DNA of 64,000 bases from an uncultured Actinomycetes bacterium (GTDB lineage Bacteria; Actinomycetota; Acidimicrobiia; IMCC26256; DASPTH01). The notes beneath the pieces are model-generated. The model ran no database searches and had not been told where the DNA came from. It worked only from the letters and a program-made list of their open reading frames with translations. Positions 45,895 through 57,339 of this stretch are shown one piece after another. Within the stretch, counting starts at the first letter, position 1, and the number at the start of each line of letters is the position of its first letter. The position numbers and the translations under genes were made by a program. The stretch lies in the NCBI GenBank assembly GCA_963705625.1, contig CAVPKG010000004.1:613018-677017 (forward strand), read 5' to 3'.

Positions 45895-46403
45895 TCCGAC
45901 GAGTCCGGCTCGGGTTCGTCGTCGTCATCTGCGTCGTGCTGCAGACCACGCTGTTCACGCACATCCGCATCGACGGCGTCGCGCCCGACGTCGGTCTGGT
46001 CGCCGTGCTCGCGGTCGCGTACTACGACGGCGCGGAGTCTGGCGCGTGGTTCGGCTTCGTGATGGGGCTCGCGATCGATCTGTTCCTCACGACGCCGCTC
46101 GGGCTGTCCGCACTCTCGTACGCGATCACCGGATACGCCGTCGGCGTGTTCCAGGCCGGGATGGTACGGAGGCCGCCGCCGATCGCGCCGCTGCTGGGTG
46201 GTATCGGCGGCTTCTTCGGAGGTCTCGTGTTCCTCTCGGTCGGCGCGGTGATCGGACAGGAGGGCTTTCTCTCGCTTGCAAGCTTGAAGACGGTCGCGAT
46301 CGCCGCGCTCTACGACGCGTTGATCGCTCCGGTCGTGTTCCCACTCGTGCGAAGGGCCGCGCGGCATTCGGAAGGTGCCTCGACCTGGCGGATCGGCCGA
46401 TGA
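45891..46403 (+). CDS. mreD: Rod-shape-determining protein MreD
   Basis: A 170-aa polytopic protein starting MIRRVRLGFVVVICVVLQ. Its ATG overlaps the mreC TGA (ATGA). It is called mainly on position and topology. Confidence 0.7.
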   Translation: MIRRVRLGFVVVICVVLQTTLFTHIRIDGVAPDVGLVAVLAVAYYDGAESGAWFGFVMGLAIDLFLTTPLGLSALSYAITGYAVGVFQAGMVRRPPPIAPLLGGIGGFFGGLVFLSVGAVIGQEGFLSLASLKTVAIAALYDALIAPVVFPLVRRAARHSEGASTWRIGR

Positions 46404-46500
46404 TCCCGACCGCGCCCACGTTCGGGCCGGCCCGTCGACGACAATGGTCCGCCGTGGCGGCGGAAGCACTACTCAGCGCGGGCTCGAGCGGGCGGGCGCG

Positions 46501-48478
46501 GTGAGGCAGGAAGTCGACACGAGGGCCCGCCTCGTGGTCATCGGGCTGGTGGTCGTTGCCCTCTTCGCGGGCTTGCTCACCCGGCTCTGGTTCCTGCAGG
46601 TCGCAGGCGGGGAGAACCTTGCGGTCGCCGCGCAGGCCAACGGCGACAAGCTCGTGCGAGGTTCCGGCGCTCCGCGGCCGCATCCTCGACGCGAAAGGGC
46701 GCGTCCTCGCGGAGACCCGCGCGGTCACCACGCTGGTGGTCGACCGGCAGCAGCTCACGTATGGGACGAGGGGGCAGCTCGTACCGAACCTCGCGCGTGT
46801 TCTGGGTATCTCGACGGACGAGGTCGACAAGCGTCTCGACGACCCGAACAACGAATCGTTCGAGGAGGTCACTGTCGCCGAGGCCGTGAGTGATGATCAG
46901 GCGCAGTATGTGTGGGAGCACCGCGACGACTTCCCCGAGACTCGCGTCACGTCGAGTTTCATGCGCGTCTACCCGCAGGGCTCGCTCGCGGCGCACGTGG
47001 TCGGCTACACGGGCCGGATCAACGCCGAGGAGTACCGGGCGAGGAAGGCGAAGGGCTACACCGCCGACGACACGATCGGGAAGACCGGTATCGAGCAGAC
47101 CTTCGAGTCCGAGCTGCGGGGCACGCCGGAGCTCAAGAAGGTGCGCGTCGACAACCGAGGGCTCAAGGTCGGCGAATCCGTCGTCCGCAAGGCCGAGCCC
47201 GGCCACGACGTGCAGCTCTCGATCGACATCGACGCCCAGAAGGTCGCCGAGGACTCGCTCGCAGCAGGGCATGGAGGGCGCGCGTCGTCTCGTGAGCCCC
47301 GAAGGCGGCTACTACCAGGCCACGGGCGGCGCGGTGGTCGTGCTCGACGCGCGCACGGGCGCGGTCGTGGCGCTGGCATCCGCCCCGACCTTCGACCCGA
47401 ACGTCATCGTCACGGGCGGACTTCCCCCGGAGTATCTCGACCCGAACGGGTCGCTCCCGTTGATCGACCGAGCGCTCAGCGCGTACGCGCCCGGGTCGAC
47501 GTTCAAGCTCTTCTCCGGCATGGCCACGCTGAAGTACGGCATCCGGGCCGCGGACGACACGTACTACGACGACGGCTGTGTCACGTTCGGGAACGAGGAG
47601 AAGCGCTGCAACGCGCGGAAGACCAAGTACGGCTACGTCAACCTGCCCGCGCGCGCTCACCGTCTCGAGCGACGTGTTCTTCTACAACGTGGGCAAGCAG
47701 TTCTGGAACGTCTACACGGACGACGAGGGCGGCGACAGTTCGCCCAACCACCCGCGTCGGCTACGGGATCCAGGAGGTCGCGCGGGCCTTCGGCTTCGGT
47801 GCGCCGACCGGGATCAGTCTCGGCGGGGACCAGTCGGGCCGGATCCCGGATCTCGCGTTCAACCAGGCGCTCAACAAGAACAGCGACGACCCGACGTCGA
47901 AGACCTGGCGCCAGGGCGACAGCGCGAGCCTCGCCGTCGGCCAGGGCGACGTGCTCGTCACACCGCTGCAGCTCGCCGACGGCTACGCCGCGTTCGCCAA
48001 CGGCGGCACGTTCCACAGCCCGCAGCTGGTCGCGGGCGTCCACGCCAGCACCGCCGGACAACCCGAGGGTCAGGTCGGGAAGCTGCTCGCGCCTCGTCGA
48101 TGCACGCCGCCCCGCACGACACCGGCCTCACCCCCGAGGTCCGCGACCCGGTGCTCGCGGGCATCGACGGCGTGGTGAACGACCAGTCGGGCACCGCGTT
48201 CTTCTCGTTCAACACCTACGACGGCGTGCACGTCGCCGGCAAGACCGGCACCGCGCAGGCGGGGAAGAAGCAGGACACGTCGTGGTTCGCGGGCATCATG
48301 AACCCGGCGAACGACCCGGCGCAGCCGCAGTACGTCGTGGTCGCGATGGTCGAGCAGGGCGGGTTCGGCGCCGACGTGGCCGCGCCGATCGTGCGCCGGG
48401 TGATGGACTTCCTCAACGGCAACCCCGATCCCGCGCCGGTGCACTGCGGCGCCCGCGCCGGTCAAGAAGAGCGACTGA
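46501..48478 (+). pseudogene. mrdA: Penicillin-binding protein 2 (elongasome transpeptidase); about 5 or more frame changes
   Basis: An N-terminal TM segment LVVIGLVVVALFAGLLTRLWFLQV, then SxxK in PGSTFKLF and KTGTAQ. The fragments are 46375.., 46556.., 46890.. and 47578... The reconstructed end is ...APAPVKKSD-TGA at 48476-48478. Confidence 0.8.
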
Positions 48479-49637
48479 TGTCGATGATCCGCCCCGAGAT
48501 CGGCGGCACGCGGCGGAGCCGCGACGACTCGCCTCGACATCGCTCCAGTGCGCCACTTCGACTTCTTGCTCGTCGGCGCAGTGCTCGCGATCAGCGGCAT
48601 CGGTCTCGTGATGATCTGGTCGACCACGCACCACCGCGTTCCCGGCGACGAGCTCTACTTCGTCAAGCGCCAGGCGCTGTTCGTCGGGCTCGGCATCGTG
48701 GCGATGTTCGCGGTGATCGCGATCGACTACCGGCGACTGCGCGACCACTCGATGTTCGCCTACTTCGCGACGGTCGCCCTGCTGCTCGCGGTGCTCGCGC
48801 CGCTCGGCTCGAACATCAAGGGCCACCAGGCGTGGTTCCAGCTCCCCGGTGGCTTCACGCTCCAACCGTCGGAGTTCGCCAAGTTCGGGATCATCGTGGC
48901 GCTCGCCGGCTACTGCAACCAGTACCGCGGCGAGCTCGACGCGTGGCGCCTGGCCACGATCCTCGCACTCGTATCGGTGCCGATCGGGCTCGTGTTCCTC
49001 CAGCCCGACCTCGGCACGGTGCTCGTGCTCGTGGTGATCATCGTCGGGCCTGCTCACGGTGGCGGGCATCACCGGACGTCAGCTCCTCGTGCTGGCGCTG
49101 CTCGCGATCACCGGCGTGTACGCGGTCGCCGGCCTCGGCGTCCTGAAGCAGTACCAGATCGACCGGTTCACGTCGTTCGTCGACCCGGGAAGCGCGAACT
49201 CGCAGGGCAACGCCTACAACCAGGAGCAGTCGAAGCAGGCCATCGCGCACGGCCGCTTCACCGGCGAAGGTCTCGGCTCGGGCTCGCAGACCCAGGGCGG
49301 CTTCGTGCCCGAGCAGCACACCGACTTCATCTTCACGTCGGTGGGGGAGGAGCTCGGCTTCGTCGGAGCGGTCGTCCTGCTCGGGCTGTTCGCGATCGTG
49401 ATGTGGCGTACCTGGCGAACCGCCCGGCTCTCCCGCGACTTCTTCGGCACGCTCGTGTGCGTGGGCGTGCTGTCGATGCTCGCGTTCCAGGTGTTCGAGA
49501 ACGTGGGGATGACGATGGGCATCATGCCGATCACCGGCATCCCGCTGCCGTTCGTGAGCTACGGCGGGTCGTCGCTCATCACGAGCTTCGCCTGCGTCGG
49601 ACTCGTCGTCAACGTCTCCATGCGGCGATTCACTTGA
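48478..49637 (+). pseudogene. rodA: Peptidoglycan glycosyltransferase RodA (FtsW/RodA/SpoVE family); two frame changes (near 48525 and 49050)
   Basis: MSMIRPEIGG.., then HFDFLLVGAVLAISGIGLVMIWS, then fragment 49059..49637 (EQHTDFIFTSVGEELGF, PLPFVSYGGSS). Confidence 0.8.
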
Positions 49638-49666
49638 TTACTCGCTCCCGACCATGCGCTCGCTCC

Positions 49667-49693
49667 CTGCGAGGCGGGATACCCGCCTCGCGG
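49667..49693. terminator. Perfect 10-bp (extendable to 12) GC stem with 3-nt loop between convergent rodA and an SDR gene, first of four adjacent hairpins
   Basis: GCGAGGCGGG (49669-49678), ATA, CCCGCCTCGC (49682-49691). Further stems lie at 49698-49715, 49712-49735 and 49735-49749. Confidence 0.5.
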
Positions 49694-49787
49694 CCGTTCG
49701 CTCGCTGGCGAGCGACCTTCGCTCCCTCGGGTCGCTTCGGTTGCCGAAGGCGTCGGACAGCTCGCATGCGTTCTCCGACTGCGGCTC

Positions 49788-50546
49788 TTACCGCATCGTC
49801 GAGCCGCCGTCGACGCTGAGCACTTGGCCATTGACCCACTCGGCGTCGTCGGACATCAAGAACGCCACGGCCGCGGCAATGTCGGTGGGCTCGCCCAAGC
49901 GCGTGTGCGGCACCCGTGTGAGGACGTGGCCGGCCATCGTCCCGGCCCGCACGGCGGGAGTGAGGATCAGACCCGGTGCGACCGCGTTCGCGCGGATGCC
50001 TTCCTTCCCCCATCGTGAGGCCACGTGTCGAGTGAGCGCGGTCAGTCCGCTCTTCGCGATCGCGTACGAGGGCCGCTGAGGTTCGCCGATGAACACCGCC
50101 GCCGACGCCGTGTAGACGATCGCACCGCCTCCGCGCGCGACGAGCCGCGGAAGTGCGTGGCGTGTGCACAGCACGTGACCGCGGAGGTTGACCGCGAGCG
50201 TCCGATCGAAGACGTCGAGCGACACTGTCTCGACGTCGGTGTCATGGCCGATCGTGTCGGGGTCGAGTGCGGCCGCGTTGCAATGGAGGAGGTCGAAGCC
50301 GCCGTATTCGTCGACTGCAGCATCGATCAGCCGGGCGACCGACTCCTCGTCGGCGATGTCGAACGCCACGTCGATGGCGCGGCCCCCGGCTCCGGTGATC
50401 TGGGTCGCGACCGCTCGCGCCGCGTCGGCATTCACGTCGCCGACGACGACCGCGACGCCCTCTTCGGCGAGTCGGACCGACGACGCGGTCCCGATCCCGC
50501 CCGCTCCGCCCGCGACGACTGCAACCTTGTCCGTCAGTCCACGCAT
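49788..50546 (-). CDS. SDR family oxidoreductase
   Basis: Intact 252 aa with VAVVAGGAGGIG and YAIAKSG. Confidence 0.8.
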   Translation of the reverse strand: MRGLTDKVAVVAGGAGGIGTASSVRLAEEGVAVVVGDVNADAARAVATQITGAGGRAIDVAFDIADEESVARLIDAAVDEYGGFDLLHCNAAALDPDTIGHDTDVETVSLDVFDRTLAVNLRGHVLCTRHALPRLVARGGGAIVYTASAAVFIGEPQRPSYAIAKSGLTALTRHVASRWGKEGIRANAVAPGLILTPAVRAGTMAGHVLTRVPHTRLGEPTDIAAAVAFLMSDDAEWVNGQVLSVDGGSTMR

Positions 50547-50573
50547 CGCGGCAACTGGTAAGGTGGCTTCCAG

Positions 50574-52614
50574 ATGTCAAACCTGTGGCCACGGGTGGAG
50601 CCCCTCCTGGCCAGGGTCGAGAAGCCCGCTCGCTACATCGGGATGGAGCGGGGGAGCGTCCAGCCGGAACATCGGCCGCACCACACTGCCTGGCTCCTCG
50701 TCTATCCCGACACCTACGAGATCGGCCTGCCCAACCAGGGGCTCCAGATCCTCTACGAGATCCTCAACGAACGCGACGACGCGGTCGCCGAACGCGCCTA
50801 CGCGCCCTGGATCGACATGACCGAGGAGATGCGGAGCGGCGTCCGTTCCGCTCTTCTCCGTCGACACCCACCACGACGCCGGCGACGTTCGACGTCGTGG
50901 CGTTCGGGCTCGCGGCCGAGCTCGTGTACACGAACGTGCTCGAGTGCCTCGACCTCGCCGGGGTTCCGGTCCGCGCCGAGGATCGCCGCCCGGAGCATCC
51001 GATCGTCCTCGCCGGCGGGCACTGCGCGTACAACCCGGAGCCCATGGCCGACTTCGTCGACGCGTTCGTCATCGGCGACGGCGAAGAGGCCGTCGGCGAG
51101 ATCACCGAGGTCGTCCGGGAGTGGAAGCGCGCGGGGCGCACCACGCGGGAGGGTGTGCTCCGCGAGCTCGCGACGATCCCCGGCGTGTACGTCCCGGCGA
51201 TGTACGACGTCGACTACGACGGCGAGCTCATTCGTGCGATCCGTCCCCGCTTCCCCGACGTGCCCGAGCGAGTCGACAAGCGCACCGTCGCCGATCTCGC
51301 CGAGTGGCCGTACCCGAAGCAGCAGCTCGTGCCGTTGATCGAGGTCGTGCACGACCGGCTGAACGTCGAGGTGTTCCGCGGCTGCACCGCGCGGCTGCCG
51401 CTTCTGCCAGGCCGGAATGATCACACGTCCGGTGCGTGAGCGACCGGCGGAGCAGGTCCGCACGATGGTGCGTGACGGCCTTCGCCGTACCGGTTACGAC
51501 GAAGTCGCGCTCACGTCTCTGTCCACCGCCGACTTCTCGGGCATCGACGGGTTGGTCGCCGGGCTCGTGAACGAGCAGGAGGGTTGCGGCAACGTCAGCC
51601 TCTCGCTGCCGTCGCTGCGGGTCGACGCGTTCACCGTCGGGATCGCCAGCGAGATCCAGAAGGTTCGCCGCACCGGCCTCACGTTCGCGCCCGAAGGCGG
51701 CACGTGGCGGATCCGCCAGGTGATCAACAAGCTCATCACCGACGACGATCTGTACGCCGCGGTCGACGGCGCGTTCTCGCAGGGCTGGCAGCGGGTGAAG
51801 CTCTACTTCCTCACCGGCGTCCCCACCGAGATCGACGACGACACGCTCGGCATCGCGGAACTCGCCGCGCGAGGTCGTCGCCATCGGCCGGAAGTACACG
51901 AAGAAGGCCAGCTGCACTGCGTCGGTCGGCGGGTTCGTGCCCAAGCCGCACACGCCGTTCCAGTGGTTCGGCCAGAACTCCGTCGCCGAGCTGCAACGCA
52001 AGGTGAATCTGCTACGCGACTCGCTCCGGCGGTCGGGCGCGCAGATCCGGTGGCACGACCCCGCGGCCACGTTCGCCGAGGGCATCGCGAGCCGCGGCGA
52101 CCGACGGATCGGGCGCGTGATCGAGCGCGTGTGGCGGGCGGGCGGCACGTTCCAGGAGTGGAGCGAACGCTTCGACCTCGACCGCTGGCTCGACGCCATG
52201 GCAGCCGAGGGCCTCGATCCCGACTGGTACGTCACCCGGCACCGCACCCGCGACGAGATCCTGCCGTGGGACCACATCGCCGCCGGCCTGCACCGCGACT
52301 TCCTGTGGGACGACTGGCAGGCCGCCCTGCACGAGCACGGGCTCCCCGACTGCCGGTGGACACCGTGCTACGACTGCGGGGTGTGCACCGAATACGCCCT
52401 CGAGCACGTGGTCGCCTCGGCGGTGCCACCGGCCGGGGGCAGCCAGGGCACCGGCCAGGGCCTTGATCTCGATCACGGCGCGACGACCGGAGCGACCGGA
52501 GGGAACGCCGGGGGCTCGCCGGAGCAACGAGCGTCAGCGGCCGGGGTATCCCCGGCTGCAGCGAGTGCGACCACGAATGTGGTCGCCGTGCCGGTCACGA
52601 TCGGGGGCTCCTGA
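50574..52614 (+). pseudogene. B12-binding-domain radical SAM protein (TIGR03960-like); about 4 frame changes
   Basis: VEKPARYIGMERGS. The cluster motif RGCT-RGCRFCQAG is restored by removing the extra base near 51389. Then SLPSLRVD and VKLYFLTGVPTE. The fragments are 50574.., 50585.., 51417.. and 51937..52614. Confidence 0.8.
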
Positions 52615-53357
52615 TGAAGGGCACCGAGGGGTTCCCGGTGCGGCTGCGCTTCACCAAGCGTGGGAAGGTGCGGTTCGTGTCGCACCGCGACGTCGCCCGC
52701 GCCTTCGAGCGGGCCTTCCGCATCGAGCAGCTTCCGCTGGCGTTCACCCTCGGCTTCGCCCCGCGTCCCAAGGTGAGCTTCGGGCTCGCGCTCTCGGTGG
52801 GCCACGAGAGCGAAGCCGAGTACCTCGACGTCGAGCTGCGCGACGTGATCGACCCCGAGGGTCTGGGTGGCCCCTTGTCCGACGCGTTGCCCGAGGGCAT
52901 CGAGGTCACGGGTGCAGCCGCGCTCGTCGACCGCGCCCCGGCTCTCCAGGAGTCGGTGACGCTCGTGGAGTACCGAGTCACCGCGTGCGACGCCGACGAC
53001 CGGATCGTCGGTAGCGATCGGCTGCAGTTGGCCGTCGACCGTGCACTTGCAAGCCCTGCGCTTCCGGTCACGCGTACCCGCAAGGGCCGCGAGAGCACCG
53101 ACGACATCAAACCTGCCATTCGCACCATCGAGCTCGGCTGCGACGAAGAGGGTTTGCCCGCACTCGAGCTCAACCTGTCAACGCAATCCCGCGGCGCCCG
53201 TCCTCGTGAGGTGCTCGACGCCCTCTCGGGCAACGGCATCGTCCTCACCGAGCGCCGCGTGCTCCGAACTGCACAATGGATCGAGCGCGACGGCGCGCGG
53301 CTGGAACCGCTGGAAGCCGACGCACTCGCGCGCACCCAGGAGGCGCGCGCATCATGA
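52614..53357 (+). CDS. Radical-SAM-associated protein (DUF2344 / TIGR03936-like)
   Basis: Intact 247 aa: RLRFTKRGKVRFVSHRDVARAFERAFR. Its ATG overlaps the preceding TGA. Confidence 0.75.
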   Translation: MKGTEGFPVRLRFTKRGKVRFVSHRDVARAFERAFRIEQLPLAFTLGFAPRPKVSFGLALSVGHESEAEYLDVELRDVIDPEGLGGPLSDALPEGIEVTGAAALVDRAPALQESVTLVEYRVTACDADDRIVGSDRLQLAVDRALASPALPVTRTRKGRESTDDIKPAIRTIELGCDEEGLPALELNLSTQSRGARPREVLDALSGNGIVLTERRVLRTAQWIERDGARLEPLEADALARTQEARAS

Positions 53358-53369
53358 GAGAAGGATTCG

Positions 53370-55293
53370 ATGTCCGACGACACCATGCCGGAGGCCCGAG
53401 CGGCTTCCAGCCCCCTGGACAGCGCCGAGCGCGTCCTCTGCCGATGGCGTGCCCGGTGAGCGACGCGCCCGAAGGCGACGACCTGGCGCCTCGCCCACGT
53501 CGCCGGCGTGGCTCGCGCGGCGGACGCAACCGTCGCAAGAAGCCTGCGGCCGTAACCACCGGCTCCGAAGAGTCCGGCCTCGACGCGTCCGACGAGTACG
53601 TCCCGCACGACTACACCGACGCCGCGGCCGATCGCGGCCTCACCACCGACGACGTCGCCGACGTGGCGCGGGAGGAGGCCGGGCTCCCCGCGCCGCCGCT
53701 CGTGCCCCCGGCCGCGGCCGAGGATCGGCGATACCCGCCCGGCCCCGGTTGCGGCCACCGACGGGAACGGCGCCACCGGCGCTCCGGAGAAGAAACGCCG
53801 CCGTCGGCGCGGGGGCCGCGGACGAGGTCGCGGGACGGCCGGAACCGGCGGCGCAACCACCGGCGGGAACGGGGGTGTCCCCGGGGCCATCGGAGCCGCG
53901 GCGCCGGTCGACGACGTCATCCGCGCCGATCTCGGGATGGGGGACGCGCCCGCGCTCGATCTCGACGACGACGTCCTCGAGCGCCGCCGCGGCCGCACCC
54001 GCAAGGGGCGCCCGTCGGGCCGCTACCTCATGTGCGTGCACGTGCTCGAAGGTGGGCACACCCACATCGCGGTCCTCGAGGGCCGGAACCTCGTCGAGCA
54101 CACCCTCGCGACGCCGACGGGCAACGAGTCGATCGACGGCAACATCTACCTCGGCCGCGTCCAGAACGTGCTCCCCGGCATGGAAGCCGCGTTCGTCGAC
54201 ATCGGCACGCCGAAGAACGGCGTGCTGTACCGCGGCGACGTCGCGTTCGACGCCAGCGACGTGGAGGGTGGTGGCAGGCCGAAGATCGAGCGGATGCTCA
54301 AGAACGGACAGTCGGTCGTCGTGCAGGTCACGAAGAACCCGATCGCGCACAAGGGCGCGCGCCTCACGCAGGAGGTGAGCCTCGCCGGTCGCTTCCTCGT
54401 GATGGTGCCGGGTGAGCCCGAGACCTACGGGATCTCGAAGCGCCTACCCGACGACGAGCGCAAGCGACTCCGCCGGATCCTCGATCGGCTGCGTCCTGCC
54501 GACGCGGGGCTGATCGTGCGCACCGCGGCCGAGGGCGCGACCCGCGACGAGCTCGAACGCGACGTGCAGCGGCTGCGCAACCAGTGGGAGCAGATCTCCG
54601 CGCTCGCGGCGAAGTCGAAGCCGGCCAAGCTCCTCTACCAGGAGCCCGATCTCGTCGCTGCGGCTGATCCGCGAGGAGTTCACGAAGGAGTACCGCGGGA
54701 TCGTCATCGACGACCGCGCCCTCTACGAGGAGACGCGCTCGTACGTCGAGGCGATCGCGCCCGAGCTCGCCGATCGCGTCGAGTTCTACGACGTCGAGGA
54801 GGAGGCGCTCCCGATCTTCGAGCGGTTCCACATCTCCGAGCAGCTCATGAAGGCGCTCGACCGGAAGGTGTGGCTGCCGTCGGGTGGCTCGCTCGTGATC
54901 GAGCGCACCGAGGCGCTCACCGTGATCGACGTGAACACGGGCAAGAACGTCGGCCGCACGAACCTCGAGGAGACGGTGTTCCGCAACAACCTCGAGGCGG
55001 CCGAGGAGGTCGCCCGCCAGCTCCGGCTGCGCGACATCGGCGGGATCATCGTCATCGACTTCATCGACATGGAGATCCGGAACAACCGCGACGAGGTGAT
55101 GCGCGTGTTCCGCGACGCGCTCGGGCGCGACAAGACCCGCACCCAGGCCTTCGACATGTCGGAGCTGGGCCTCGTCGAGATGACGCGCAAGCGGATCTCG
55201 GAGGGGCTCGTCGAGTCGTTCAGCGAGACCTGCCCCACCTGCCACGGCCGGGGCTTCCTGCTCGACGAGTCGCTGCTCCGGTCGATGGACTAG
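53370..55293 (+). pseudogene. rne: Ribonuclease E/G family endoribonuclease with Arg/acid-rich N-terminal extension; about 4 or more frame changes
   Basis: The S1 domain is [23 protein letters not shown]. The catalytic region is [11 protein letters not shown] and IIVIDFIDM. The Zn-link is CPTCHGRG. The fragments include 53276.., 53937.. and 54847..55293. Confidence 0.8.
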
Positions 55294-55335
55294 AGTTCGG
55301 ACCTTCCTGGCACGTTCTGAGGGGTTTCCCGCGCC

Positions 55336-55755
55336 ATGTACGCAGTGATCAAGACCGGCGGCAAGCAGTACCGGGTCGAGAAGGGCGAGCAGCTCGAGGT
55401 CGAGCTCGTGGGCGCCGACGACGGCGCGGAGCTCGAGCTGAGGCCGGTCCTGCTCGTCGACGGCGACACGGTCCTGGCCACCCGCCACGACCTGGCGAAC
55501 GCGGTGGTGAAGGCCAAGGTGGTGGGCTCGACGCGCGGTCCCAAGATCGACGGGTTCATCTACAAGCCCAAGAGCAACAACCGGCGGCGCTACGGCCATC
55601 GCCAGGATCTGTCGGTGCTCGAGATCACCGCGATCAACAAGGGCCGGGCACGGTCACGGGCCGGCGCGGCGAAGACCGGCGAGACGCCGGAGGCCGCCGA
55701 GCCGGTAGCGATCCAACCCGAGGCGACAGAGCCCGAAGCGGGAGAGGACGACTGA
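55336..55755 (+). CDS. rplU: 50S ribosomal protein L21 with a charged C-terminal extension
   Basis: [18 protein letters not shown]..., intact, 139 aa. Confidence 0.9.
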   Translation: MYAVIKTGGKQYRVEKGEQLEVELVGADDGAELELRPVLLVDGDTVLATRHDLANAVVKAKVVGSTRGPKIDGFIYKPKSNNRRRYGHRQDLSVLEITAINKGRARSRAGAAKTGETPEAAEPVAIQPEATEPEAGEDD

Positions 55756-56009
55756 TGTCGAAGAAGAAGGGTGCGGCATCGTCCCGCAACGGGCGCGACT
55801 CCAACGCGCAGCGGCTCGGTGTGAAGGTCTACAGCGGCACGCCGGTGCACGCGGGCACGATCATCGTGCGCCAGCGCGGCACCAGGTTCCACCCCGGCGA
55901 GAACGTCGGCAAGGGCTGTGACGACACGCTCTTCGCCAAGTCGCACGGCGTCGTGAAGTTCGGCTACCGCAAAGGCCGCAAGCTCGTCGACGTGATTCCG
56001 ACCCAGTAG
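55755..56009 (+). CDS. rpmA: 50S ribosomal protein L27
   Basis: [24 protein letters not shown]...QRGTRFHPG, 84 aa. Its ATG overlaps the rplU TGA. Confidence 0.95.
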   Translation: MSKKKGAASSRNGRDSNAQRLGVKVYSGTPVHAGTIIVRQRGTRFHPGENVGKGCDDTLFAKSHGVVKFGYRKGRKLVDVIPTQ

Positions 56010-56090
56010 CGACGCAGCGGCGCAGCCCGGCGCCCTCGGGCCCACCGGATCTCCCCGCCCCCCGTCGTCGCCGCTCCGTATCCTTCAACT

Positions 56091-57339
56091 GTGCCGGGCA
56101 ACTTCGTCGACGAGGTCCAGGTGAACGTACGCGGCGGCGATGGCGGTGCCGGCGTGGTCTCGTTCCGCCGCGAAGCGCACACGCCCAAGGGCGGTCCCGA
56201 CGGTGGCGACGGCGGCTCGGGAGGCGACGTCTTCTTCGTCGCCGACCGCAACGTGGCGTCGCTGCTCGCGTTCCGCGACCATCCCCACCGGCGTGCGCCG
56301 TCGGGCAAGCACGGCGCCGGGAAGCAGCGCCACGGTGCAACGGGCGACGACCTCGTCGTGGCGATGCCCGAAGGCACCATCGTGCGGGACCGCGAGGGCG
56401 AGCTGCTCGCCGACCTCGTGCACCACGGCGACCGCTTCCTTGCCGCGCACGGCGGCCGGGGCGGGCGCGGCAACGCGCGCTTCCTGTCGAACGCGCGGCG
56501 CGCGCCGGGCTTCGCGGAGCAGGGGGAGTACGGCGAGGAGCGCTGGCTGCGACTCGAGGTGAAGCTGCTCGCCGACGCCGCGCTCGTCGGGTTCCCCAAC
56601 GCCGGGAAGTCCACGCTGATCTCGGCGGTGAGCGCGGCGAAGCCGAAGATCGCCGACTACCCGTTCACCACGCTCGAGCCGCACCTCGGCGTCGTGCGCT
56701 TCCAAGACCACGAGTTCGTGCTCGCCGACATCCCCGGGCTCATCGAGGGTGCGGCCGATGGGCGCGGGCTCGGACACACCTTCCTCCGCCACGTCGAGCG
56801 CGCTCGCGTGCTCGTGCTGCTGCTCGACCTCGCGAGCGTGGACGGCCGCTCACCGGAGGAACAGGAGCGCGTCCTGCTCGACGAGCTCGGGCGGTACCGC
56901 CCGGAGTTGCTCGACGCGTCCCCGCCTCGTCGTCGGGAGCAAGGCCGACGTCGCGACGTCGGAGCTGCACGACCCTGACGCGCTGACGTTGTCGGCCGTC
57001 ACCCGAAGCGGGCTCGACGCGTTTCTCGGACGCCTCGGCACGCTCGTCGACGAAGCGCGCGCCGCCGAACCCGAAACGGAGCCGTTCGTGGTGCTGCGGC
57101 CGGCGGAGGAGGGGTTCACGGTGCGCCGTGACGACGACGGCGCGTGGCGTGTGTCGGGCCGCAGCGCGGAGCGCGTCGTCGCGATGGCCGACCTCACGAA
57201 CGAGGAGGCGATCGACTACGTGCAGGTCCGGCTGCGCCGCATGGGCGTCGAGCGCGCCCTCGCGCGTGCGGGTGCGCATGAAGGCGATGTCGTACGCGTC
57301 GGACCAGTGGAGCTCGAGTACACGGAGAGCATCACCTGA
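56091..57339 (+). pseudogene. obg: GTPase Obg/CgtA; one frame change near 56915
   Basis: FVDEVQVNVRGGDGGAG (glycine-rich Obg fold), GFPNAGKSTL and DIPGLIEGA. The C-terminal fragment is 56749..57339. Confidence 0.9.
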
